DNA of 64,000 nucleotides from a virus (Duplodnaviria; Caudoviricetes): IMG/VR virus record IMGVR_UViG_3300037634_006988, positions 1 to 64,000 of that record; one strand, 5' to 3'. Shown piece by piece: positions 9,056 to 16,662 of this stretch (position 1 is its first letter; each line of letters starts with the position of its first letter). The notes under the pieces were generated by a model. It saw only the letters and a program-made list of their open reading frames with translations, ran no database searches and was not told where the DNA came from. The position numbers and the translations under genes were made by a program.

Positions 9056-9389
9056 TCTTATTTTTTTCCCTCAAACAAGATTTCAAATAGCACGTATAAC
9101 AGTGTTTAAACTTTGCCATATATAAATCATCTCTCATATCAAAAGAATAAATTTTACATTCTGGACAAGTGCGCTTTGATTCTTTCCTAAATAGTTTCTT
9201 TGGCATTAAAACGCCTTCAACTTCAATCTTCTCTTTTGGTTTCTCGGCCTTAGCCATTTTTTTAATTTGTTTGAGATATTCCTTTTCTTTATCTTGATCC
9301 CAAGTTGCTTTAGGATTCTGAATGGTTTCTTCACCATACTTTTCCTGAATGGCTTGTTCGACTTTTATGAGATGTTCTGGATCTTTCAT
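9048..9389 (-). CDS. small Zn-ribbon protein (start reassigned to MKDPE)
   Basis: CPEC...CYTC cysteine pairs; ATG at 9389 overlaps the upstream TGA. Confidence 0.65.
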   Translation of the reverse strand: MKDPEHLIKVEQAIQEKYGEETIQNPKATWDQDKEKEYLKQIKKMAKAEKPKEKIEVEGVLMPKKLFRKESKRTCPECKIYSFDMRDDLYMAKFKHCYTCYLKSCLREKNKNG

Positions 9390-9850
9390 TTCGTAATTCC
9401 ATTTACAGCCGATACAACTCCCAAAGTTAATAGAATTCCGGCAACAACTCCACCAGTGGCCCATAACCAATTATAGCTTGGTTCATTAGCCAATTCTGTG
9501 AGCTGCTCAATTTCTTTATCTTTTTGGGTAAGAATTAAGTTACTGTATTCTTTCTCGTGTTGAAGGTCTACCTTGAGCAGATCAATGTCAACTTTGCATT
9601 TGGCTGACATTTCTGCCACTTTTTGGTCTATTTTGAGCTTGCAGTGTAAATCAGTGTTGTTGGATTCTCCGAGTATTTCCGCTGTGGCTTCTGGAGAAAA
9701 TAATGTTCCAGCAAACGGAGCAGGAGCGCCTGCTTCTAAGAATGTAAAAACTCCTGGTGTTTCAGTGCTTGTTGTTGTTTCTTGAGCAAATGCTGGAATT
9801 GTTGCAAAAAAGAAAAATAGGCTAGTTGCTATTGCTGTCGGTTTTAACAT
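9386..9850 (-). CDS. secreted/membrane protein: signal peptide, coiled coil and C-terminal TM helix (start reassigned to MLKPT)
   Basis: MLKPTAIATSLFFFFATIPAFA|Q looks like a signal-peptidase-I leader; C-terminal WLWATGGVVAGILLTLGVVSAV is a TM helix. Confidence 0.65.
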   Translation of the reverse strand: MLKPTAIATSLFFFFATIPAFAQETTTSTETPGVFTFLEAGAPAPFAGTLFSPEATAEILGESNNTDLHCKLKIDQKVAEMSAKCKVDIDLLKVDLQHEKEYSNLILTQKDKEIEQLTELANEPSYNWLWATGGVVAGILLTLGVVSAVNGITK

Positions 9851-10214
9851 ATTTAAATCCAAACCTTTTTGAAATTTCATCTGCCAACTCATCAGGCTTA
9901 TCATAATACTTTTTGACGAGTTTTTTAACTTCTTTTTTCTTTGACGCTTTAAGCTCTTCGTTTTTCTTCTTGAATTCTTTTTCTATCTCGCTGATTGTTT
10001 TTTCGTATTCTTTATGAATATTGTCTTTCTTTGTTTGTGTTTCTTTATTGAGCTTGTTGATGTCTTCAATTTGTTTATTATAAGAATCTCTGGTTATCTG
10101 CAACATCTTAGTAAAATGATCGCTCTTACTTTTCATAATAAGACCAAGAACAATAATCACTGGAATATACCAGTGAGTTTTTAAGAAGACCCAAATTTTC
10201 TTTAATGCAATCAC
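9822..10214 (-). CDS. N-terminally anchored membrane protein with coiled coil
   Basis: WYIPVIIVLGLIM TM helix followed by a K/E-rich heptad region. Confidence 0.65.
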   Translation of the reverse strand: MIALKKIWVFLKTHWYIPVIIVLGLIMKSKSDHFTKMLQITRDSYNKQIEDINKLNKETQTKKDNIHKEYEKTISEIEKEFKKKNEELKASKKKEVKKLVKKYYDKPDELADEISKRFGFKYVKTDSNSN

Positions 10215-10927
10215 GCCCCGCCCTTTAGTTGTTTAAGGTAAGGCAGAGATTGTCTTAGTTTATTTATGAGTTGATTTGGATCACCCTTCAACTCTTCATC
10301 GGAGGCTTGCGACACAACTTGATCAATCATGTCTTCTAAGTTACCAAAAGAGCCAACTTCCGTTCCTCCAATTTTTTTGGCCATTTGTTTAGCTTTGGGG
10401 GCTACTTTTTTTGCAGCACCTTTAGCCAAAGAAGATGCCGCTTTCTTCATCAATCCTTGTCCAACCTTTGATTTGGCTGCTGCACCAACACCACGAACTG
10501 CAAGACCGGCCAAAGCTGGCAAAATCTCCCTTAATACCTCTTCAGTCTCTTCTTGGATGATCTGTCTTAATTCTTGTTCTTCGATTTTTATGAGAATAAC
10601 ACCTTTATCTTCAGGTTCTTCCTTCTCACCCTTCTTTAAACGAGATTTTTCTTTTCTTCCGCGATTGTCTGAAACTGGCTCACATTTAACTTCATCGTTT
10701 TCTATTCCATTAACGTGATGAAGCTCTTCGCCTTCAGGGCATTCGCCATGTTCTCTATCGTGCTTTCTTTTGTCGCGCTTTCTTTTGTTGCGCTCATCCT
10801 GTTCTTTTGAACCTGGAGCATTATATTCTTGATCATAATCCCGAGGAGTATTGGAGTCTTTATTCCATTCGCGCTCTGAAAGGATTTCTGTTAAAAACTC
10901 TTCAAAATTTTGAATAGAAAGTTTCAT
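10211..10927 (-). CDS. putative internal head polyprotein with degenerate HNH-like domain (start reassigned to MKLSIQ)
   Basis: MKLSIQNFEEFLTE leader, RDYDQEY...EELHHVNG...NRGR, then an internal second signal IKIEEQELRQIIQEE. Confidence 0.6.
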   Translation of the reverse strand: MKLSIQNFEEFLTEILSEREWNKDSNTPRDYDQEYNAPGSKEQDERNKRKRDKRKHDREHGECPEGEELHHVNGIENDEVKCEPVSDNRGRKEKSRLKKGEKEEPEDKGVILIKIEEQELRQIIQEETEEVLREILPALAGLAVRGVGAAAKSKVGQGLMKKAASSLAKGAAKKVAPKAKQMAKKIGGTEVGSFGNLEDMIDQVVSQASDEELKGDPNQLINKLRQSLPYLKQLKGGA

Positions 10928-10928
10928 A

Positions 10929-11603
10929 TTATACGGTAGGAGTTTGAGGCCCTTGGATTGCTTGTGCTGTTTTTTTAAGATTTTGTTGTGTTGCTCTTTT
11001 TTGTTGTGCCTTTGCAGCAACATTTTTAATCTTTGCTAGTTTGCCGCCCTTTAATGGTGTGCTCGCTCTTGTCGATGCTAATTTCTGTAAACCCTGAAGT
11101 GCCTCTTGCGACCTAGGATTATTTAATGTTTTTACAACAAAGTCATCGACTGATTTAAGCATTTGATTTGCAAATTTTCCAACTTTTGGATTATCAGCCA
11201 AACCTCCAATAAGTTTTTTAATTTTAGGCATATGACCTTTTAACATTTTAGCTACTTTGCCGCCTTTTCCCATGCTCATCGCCAACTTGCCGCCTTTTCC
11301 AATTACATCACCCACCCCCGGAATCATGGCAATAATGGATAAAGCTGCCATTAAAAATTCACCTTTTCTGGCATATAAAGCGGCATTAGCTAAATCGGCC
11401 ACCTCGCCAATGCCCGGTATAAGTCCACCAATATCTAAAGCAAAATGGCCAACATCTGCTAATTGAAATTCAAAAAGTAATTTTTCTATTTCTTCATGAA
11501 GAATATCAATTCTTTTTCTTTCTTTATTCAAAATTGTAGAAATTCGTTCACGTTGAATTTCTTCTCGAATAATGCACCTAAGTTGTGAATTTTTTATTTT
11601 CAT
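10929..11603 (-). CDS. signal-tagged protein with pre-toxin TG-like domain
   Basis: MKIKNSQLRCIIREE leader; ALDIGGLIPGIGEVADLANAALYARKGEFLMAALSIIAMIPGVGD resembles the PT-TG helical hairpin. Confidence 0.65.
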   Translation of the reverse strand: MKIKNSQLRCIIREEIQRERISTILNKERKRIDILHEEIEKLLFEFQLADVGHFALDIGGLIPGIGEVADLANAALYARKGEFLMAALSIIAMIPGVGDVIGKGGKLAMSMGKGGKVAKMLKGHMPKIKKLIGGLADNPKVGKFANQMLKSVDDFVVKTLNNPRSQEALQGLQKLASTRASTPLKGGKLAKIKNVAAKAQQKRATQQNLKKTAQAIQGPQTPTV

Positions 11604-11624
11604 TTGATTTCTTCAATTAAAGCA

Positions 11625-11987
11625 TTAACCTGATTTAACGTCTGATTCATAACCAGTTTTTCCTCCTGGTCGAGCCTTTTCTACTTCTCGTTTGCGCTTA
11701 ATTCCCCAATCTAAAGTTGCTCCACCCTCTTTACGAGAATCTGTGCAAATGGCAGCAGCAGCATCTTCCACATTTTTTCCTTTATGTGGTTTGTAATCAT
11801 TTTTTTTAAAACTTTTTTTAACAGAATTGATGCAATCATGAAATACATCATCAGCTGTGCCGGGTTGTTGGCTGGATTTAAAATGTTTGGGTGTTTCTAC
11901 TTTGTCACCCTTTTTCTTTTTCTCCCGAAGTTCTGCCTCAAGTTCTTCTTGAATAATCTCTTGCAATCTTGATTTTGTTAGTTTCAT
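11625..11987 (-). CDS. signal-tagged basic hypothetical protein
   Basis: MKLTKSRLQEIIQEE leader. Confidence 0.7.
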   Translation of the reverse strand: MKLTKSRLQEIIQEELEAELREKKKKGDKVETPKHFKSSQQPGTADDVFHDCINSVKKSFKKNDYKPHKGKNVEDAAAAICTDSRKEGGATLDWGIKRKREVEKARPGGKTGYESDVKSG

Positions 11988-11998
11988 CTTATTCCACC
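11938..11998. repeat. 61-bp direct repeat, copy 1
   Basis: 60/61 identical to 12355..12415; covers the RBS and the signal-peptide codons. Confidence 0.92.
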
Positions 11999-12011
11999 TT
12001 ATTCAATATTT

Positions 12012-12404
12012 TTACAAGTTTTTTAAAAGAGTTTTAAACCAAGGCATATCTTTAGTTTCTTGTTTGAGGGATTCAATGTCCCTAATTGTGCCATCCTTCA
12101 TTTTTCCTTGAATTAGCCGCTTGTGGTGTAAAGTAAATACATTAGCACCCACTTCCCTTGCCGTTTTTGCGAGCGCTCGGCCAACTGTTTTCATTTCTGG
12201 AGATTTCGACACTTGTGTTATGTCTGCACCTTTTGGTTCAAGTCCACTAGCTTCCGCTGCCGCACCACCAGATGCCGCAATTCCTGCTCCCAAGGCGGCA
12301 CCCTTTAGCCACTTTCCAATGCCTTCTTCAAGTTCTTCCTCTGTTAAGGTTTTTTCAAGTTCTTCTTGAATAATCTCTTGCAATCTTAATTTTGTTAGTT
12401 TCAT
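12012..12404 (-). CDS. signal-tagged hypothetical protein (start reassigned to MKLTK)
   Basis: MKLTKLRLQEIIQEE leader; ATGA overlap with the upstream gene's stop. Confidence 0.7.
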   Translation of the reverse strand: MKLTKLRLQEIIQEELEKTLTEEELEEGIGKWLKGAALGAGIAASGGAAAEASGLEPKGADITQVSKSPEMKTVGRALAKTAREVGANVFTLHHKRLIQGKMKDGTIRDIESLKQETKDMPWFKTLLKNL

Positions 12405-12415
12405 CTTATTCCACC
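12355..12415. repeat. 61-bp direct repeat, copy 2
   Basis: tcaagttcttcttgaataatctcttgcaatctt(a/g)attttgttagtttcatcttattccacc. Confidence 0.92.
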
Positions 12416-12592
12416 ATGCTTCCATTGCGTGGCAATATCAGCAATTCCTTGAAGTCCAATATATCCGAGAGATACGGCAACCCACTGATCGCCACTAAGT
12501 TTGTCGAAATACAAAAATAGCGTCGAGAGAATAAACACAGTAAATTTTCTCGACACCACTTTTGCTACAGCTTTGTCAATTACTGCTCTCAT
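12401..12592 (-). CDS. small 2-TM membrane protein, holin-like
   Basis: 63 aa; SRKFTVFILSTLFLYF and QWVAVSLGYIGLQGIADIA segments. Confidence 0.5.
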   Translation of the reverse strand: MRAVIDKAVAKVVSRKFTVFILSTLFLYFDKLSGDQWVAVSLGYIGLQGIADIATQWKHGGIR

Positions 12593-12820
12593 TTATTCCT
12601 TCTTTCTAAACAACCCTACAAGCACCAGCAACGCCAGCAATCCAGCAAAACCGCTTTGCCCCAAGGAGTTTACAATATTAGTGAGGTTTCCTACAACACC
12701 CATCCCGAAAATACCAGAGCCGTATACAACCTCAACCATTACAGCCAAGGCCATAAGGTTCATCATGAGATCAGTAACATCACTTACTGCTCCCTTTACT
12801 TTCATTAGTACGTCTTTCAT
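12593..12820 (-). CDS. small 2-TM membrane protein
   Basis: 75 aa, two hydrophobic helices; strong GGGAGG SD and upstream ACTATTTAT motif. Confidence 0.7.
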   Translation of the reverse strand: MKDVLMKVKGAVSDVTDLMMNLMALAVMVEVVYGSGIFGMGVVGNLTNIVNSLGQSGFAGLLALLVLVGLFRKKE

Positions 12821-12838
12821 AGTTCGTACCTCCCGACA

Positions 12839-12847
12839 ATAAATAGT
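12839..12847 (-). promoter_or_regulatory. CTAWTTA candidate (ACTATTTAT)
   Basis: Intergenic, upstream of the GGGAGG SD of 12820. Confidence 0.6.
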
Positions 12848-12850
12848 TAG

Positions 12851-15800
12851 CTACGCAACAACATTCGCATAGCCGTTCTTCTTTTCTATGTTAATGATAG
12901 AATCGGCAGCATCTTTTAAGCTGTCGAGGTGAGAAATTAAAATAACAGTTTTGAAAATGGATGATGTAATATCAAGGATTCGGACGAATCCTTCCATGCG
13001 TTCTGCATCTAAAGATGTCCCAGGCTCATCTAAAACAAACAATTGGGACTTTGGCAATGATGAGATATTTGTGAAAGCTAAACGAATTGCCATTGCAGCA
13101 ACTGTCTTTTCTGCTCCGCTTGCCATTTCTAATGGACTTGCGTCTTGATCGGGATGTTGAATATAAATGTCCAAACGATTGTCGTCTGTTTCAAAATATA
13201 CTTGAAAATCGACGATGTTTGCAAGAATCTTTGAAATCTCAGCATTTATTACTGGGAGGCTCTTTTTAATAATATCGTAAGAAATTCCATTTGGGTGCAT
13301 ACATTTCATATATAAATCATGTGCTTCATAATCGTCTTGAAGCTGTTTATGCCTTTTCTTTTCTGCCTCAAGATTCTCAATCTTTTGCTCACAATAGCCG
13401 TGTCTTTTATGAAGAGTTAATAATTGTTCCTCGCAAAACTTTAAGTCACTTTTTTGTTTAAGAAATTCTTTTTCTTTTTCTTTCCTTTGTCGGATAACTC
13501 CACCGAGATCCTCAATGACTTCTTTGTTTTCTTCATAAAGCTTTTCTTTTGCTTGCAACTCTTTTAACTCATGTTTGGCAATTGCTTTCTTTGATTTTAA
13601 GTTTTCAATTAGTAATTCATTTGCTGGAATGATATTATCAATTCTTTTTGCTTCTTCAACCAAATCATCAAATTTATTAATCTCATTGTTAATCTTTTCC
13701 AAATCGATTTCATCAACCTTTTCCTTGATTACTTTTTGAATTTCTTTGTTATTGTTGATGGCCAGCTCAATAATATTAATTTGTTCTTTTGCTTCGTAAG
13801 CGCCGCGAATAAACTTACAATGTGAAAACTCTGATCCACAAGGAACCTCTTTTAATAAAGATACTTGTTTCTTTTTGTTTTGAATATTTAATTGGTTTGC
13901 GTTGCTTTCAATTGTTAATCGTTCAAAATCAGTTGAATACGCTGAATGAGATTGTTTCTGATTTTTTAATGTATCAATATCAAATTTTTCTATAAACTCT
14001 TTTGCCTTACGAACCTTACGTTTATTGGTTCTGTTTTTCTTTTTCCTTTCATTAAGTTGCTCATCATATAATAATGTAGTCTTTTCGTTTTCGCCAATGG
14101 CTGCTTTGATTTCATTAATGTTTATTAACTCTGTTGGTGCAGCGCTAATCTTATCTTGAAATGTACCAATCTCGTCTTCCACCGCAGCAATACTTTCTTT
14201 TAGTGCCGCACATTGATTGGACCGTGTGATGGTGACGTTTTCATTAACTTCCATCTCTTGATTAAACTTTTTCAAATCCTCTTCATAATCAATTTTTTGT
14301 AAGAATTTAAGTGCAGCTTTAAGTTCTGCCGCATCATCTTTCGCACTCTTAAATTTTTTATCAAAGATTTTTAGATCCAAAAACTTGGCTAAAATTTCTT
14401 TTCTCTTGGTTGATCCTTCATCAATAAATGTTAGGGCTCCAAGCTGTGATGACATGGATGTTAATAAAAAATCATCCAGTGTTCCAAAATATTTGGAAAT
14501 GTTTTTATCTGTGTCTGCCCGCGTCAATCCATTTAAAGATTTCTTTTCGCCGGTTGCAACATCAACACAAGTAAAATCAACTATTGTTTTTGCTTCGATA
14601 GTTTCTTCGCCTTTAAGTTTTTTTAAGTATTTAAGGGCATCGCGTTTTATTGTATAGATTTTATTGCCACGCTTGATTTTGACACGCCCCCAGCCTTCGG
14701 TCTTATCGTTGTTGATTATGTTGAGGTTCTTGCGCGAATTCTTTGAAATTGAGTTATAAATCGTGAACAAAAGCGAGTCAATGATACTAGACTTGCCTGA
14801 GAAGTTCTTCCCAAAAATACCCACAATTCCATTAAAATCCATGAAGTTAATGCGATTGCCTTTGCCATAATTTATTAAGTTACTCCACTCAAATTCGAGG
14901 ATTTCATAATCTATATGACGATAAGCTTCGTCATCTTCTTCAGAGCTTTCCTTATATTTTCTGTTAAGATCCATAATGCGCTTTTCTAAATCTTTGTTGG
15001 GATCATAATCCTTAAGATATTGGCGAATTAATTTTTCCTGAACTGTGATGTCCCGCAGATTTTCTTTTTTAAATCCGTCTTCAAGCTCCACATTATTTGT
15101 GAAAGAGGATTTATTCATTACTGAGACTGATTCTGGATTGAATTTCTTTTTGGCCACATCAACAGCTTTTTTGAGCGCCATGCCAGATAAACTATTCTCA
15201 ACAATTAAACGAACTCGTGCGCCTTCAGGAACCATCATTTTTGGGACTTTCCCATTTTTTGTTAAGGTTATTGAAATGAATGGCTTAGGGTTTACGATAG
15301 GGACGTGCTCAACAGTAAAGGTTTCTTTACTTTGAATTTTCCAAAGCAAGAATCCTTTACTAGTGGTTTCACCAAAGTTCTGTTGGATGGTCGAGCCAGC
15401 ATAGCGAATGCGACCATCTGGATCGAGGGTCTGATTTGTTTTATGAATGTCGCCCAACATTGCATAATCAAATTTATTGAAGATGTTTATATCGTTTTCC
15501 CCAACATCCATCACCCAATCGCTGTCAGTTGTGCAGCCGCTGATTGAGCCGTGATAAAGAGCAATATTTATTTTATCTTTATCTGTTGGATCCGTCCAAT
15601 TATCTTCATCAAAGACACTTAAAACATTAAGAGTAAAATTGTTATCAAGATTAACTTCGCCCGAGTTTTTTAATAGATGTAGGTTCGGGTGGTTAAGTGT
15701 GTTTGCAATTGGTGATAAAGAATCTTGTCTATTTGGATTTCGTAAGTTTCCATCGTGATTTCCAAGAATGATATAAGTTGGAGCGATGTCTGCAAGATTT

Positions 15801-15994
15801 TTAAAAAAGTCAGAGCACATCTGAACGAACTCTGGACTGATTTGAGTTTTTGTATGGCAGATGTCGCCACAGTGAATAATATAATCTACTTCCTCTTTTC
15901 GTAAGGAATCATAAATCTTATCAAAAACTGCTCGGTATTCTTGGTGATATTTTAGATTGCGAATATGTGTGTCCGCAATATGGGCAAACTTCAT
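12851..15994 (-). CDS. fused Mre11/SbcD nuclease - Rad50/SbcC ATPase (T4 gp47-gp46-like)
   Basis: N-terminal phosphoesterase motifs IADTH, HCGDI, LGNHD, YHG and LGDIH. C-terminal Walker A GKNFSGKS, coiled coil, signature ASGAE, Walker B FVLDEP, D-loop SLD and ISH switch. All in one 1047-aa frame. Confidence 0.93.
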   Translation of the reverse strand: MKFAHIADTHIRNLKYHQEYRAVFDKIYDSLRKEEVDYIIHCGDICHTKTQISPEFVQMCSDFFKNLADIAPTYIILGNHDGNLRNPNRQDSLSPIANTLNHPNLHLLKNSGEVNLDNNFTLNVLSVFDEDNWTDPTDKDKINIALYHGSISGCTTDSDWVMDVGENDINIFNKFDYAMLGDIHKTNQTLDPDGRIRYAGSTIQQNFGETTSKGFLLWKIQSKETFTVEHVPIVNPKPFISITLTKNGKVPKMMVPEGARVRLIVENSLSGMALKKAVDVAKKKFNPESVSVMNKSSFTNNVELEDGFKKENLRDITVQEKLIRQYLKDYDPNKDLEKRIMDLNRKYKESSEEDDEAYRHIDYEILEFEWSNLINYGKGNRINFMDFNGIVGIFGKNFSGKSSIIDSLLFTIYNSISKNSRKNLNIINNDKTEGWGRVKIKRGNKIYTIKRDALKYLKKLKGEETIEAKTIVDFTCVDVATGEKKSLNGLTRADTDKNISKYFGTLDDFLLTSMSSQLGALTFIDEGSTKRKEILAKFLDLKIFDKKFKSAKDDAAELKAALKFLQKIDYEEDLKKFNQEMEVNENVTITRSNQCAALKESIAAVEDEIGTFQDKISAAPTELININEIKAAIGENEKTTLLYDEQLNERKKKNRTNKRKVRKAKEFIEKFDIDTLKNQKQSHSAYSTDFERLTIESNANQLNIQNKKKQVSLLKEVPCGSEFSHCKFIRGAYEAKEQINIIELAINNNKEIQKVIKEKVDEIDLEKINNEINKFDDLVEEAKRIDNIIPANELLIENLKSKKAIAKHELKELQAKEKLYEENKEVIEDLGGVIRQRKEKEKEFLKQKSDLKFCEEQLLTLHKRHGYCEQKIENLEAEKKRHKQLQDDYEAHDLYMKCMHPNGISYDIIKKSLPVINAEISKILANIVDFQVYFETDDNRLDIYIQHPDQDASPLEMASGAEKTVAAMAIRLAFTNISSLPKSQLFVLDEPGTSLDAERMEGFVRILDITSSIFKTVILISHLDSLKDAADSIINIEKKNGYANVVA

Positions 15995-16002
15995 TAAGAA
16001 GT

Positions 16003-16011
16003 ATTATAGCA
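16003..16011 (-). promoter_or_regulatory. host sigma70-type extended -10 promoter (TGcTATAAT) for the Mre11-Rad50 gene, probably leaderless
   Basis: Perfect TGnTATAAT ending 8 nt before the ATG at 15994; no SD; -35 poor. Confidence 0.6.
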
Positions 16012-16051
16012 TAGTTTTGGGGGATTTTTGAGAAGGAACGGTTAGTTTCAT
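16004..16051 (-). pseudogene. truncated cassette stub MKLTVPSQKSPKTML
   Basis: AAACAAAATGAAACTAACC is identical to the start region of 16663..16953, then homology stops abruptly. Confidence 0.65.
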
Positions 16052-16056
16052 TTTGT

Positions 16057-16323
16057 TTACCTGTCATTGCGTGCTTCTGCGATTTTGGTTAGTGCCGTAT
16101 TGGGAACCCATTCGTTTTTCCATTTGTCTTCTTCATAATAAATCAAGCTAGCAAAGCCCCCACGGCTTTTTTCCAAAATTCTGCCGACCAGGGGTGGATT
16201 TTTTGGTCCTTGATACACTTTCACCTGATCGCCAACTTCAAAAACTTCTGATTCTTCTTCACCCAAAACTCTGCCAATCTCTTCTTTAATTAATTGTTGT
16301 AGTTTTGATTTGGTTAGTTTCAT
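16057..16323 (-). CDS. signal-tagged cassette protein with KOW/SH3-like barrel
   Basis: MKLTKSKLQQLIKEE leader; FEVGDQVKVYQGP...VGRILE...EWVPNTAL. Confidence 0.7.
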   Translation of the reverse strand: MKLTKSKLQQLIKEEIGRVLGEEESEVFEVGDQVKVYQGPKNPPLVGRILEKSRGGFASLIYYEEDKWKNEWVPNTALTKIAEARNDR

Positions 16324-16661
16324 TTTGGTTGCCTAGAAGCAAGATCGCTCAGCCACGTATTATAACCCTTACTAACAGGATCTGAAGCTGGAGCTTCTTC
16401 TGGTTGTGCCTCTCCTTTTTGTTGTCTTCCGAGTTTATAATTTTCATTCATGCTTTTCAGTACGTTACTTATCATATCATAATGATGATAATCGCCAATG
16501 AGTTCCAGTTTTTCTAATAAATTATCCGTCATCTCTAATATATTTGTCTCTTCTTTGCCTATTGATACCATCTCGACTCTTTGTGAATGTGGCACTTCAC
16601 CATGAACTTCATCGAGTTCTTCTTTAATAATTTTTTGAAGTTGTGATTTGGTTAGTTTCAA
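16320..16661 (-). CDS. signal-tagged cassette protein (TTG start)
   Basis: MKLTKSQLQKIIKEE leader. Confidence 0.7.
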   Translation of the reverse strand: MKLTKSQLQKIIKEELDEVHGEVPHSQRVEMVSIGKEETNILEMTDNLLEKLELIGDYHHYDMISNVLKSMNENYKLGRQQKGEAQPEEAPASDPVSKGYNTWLSDLASRQPK

Positions 16662-16662
16662 T

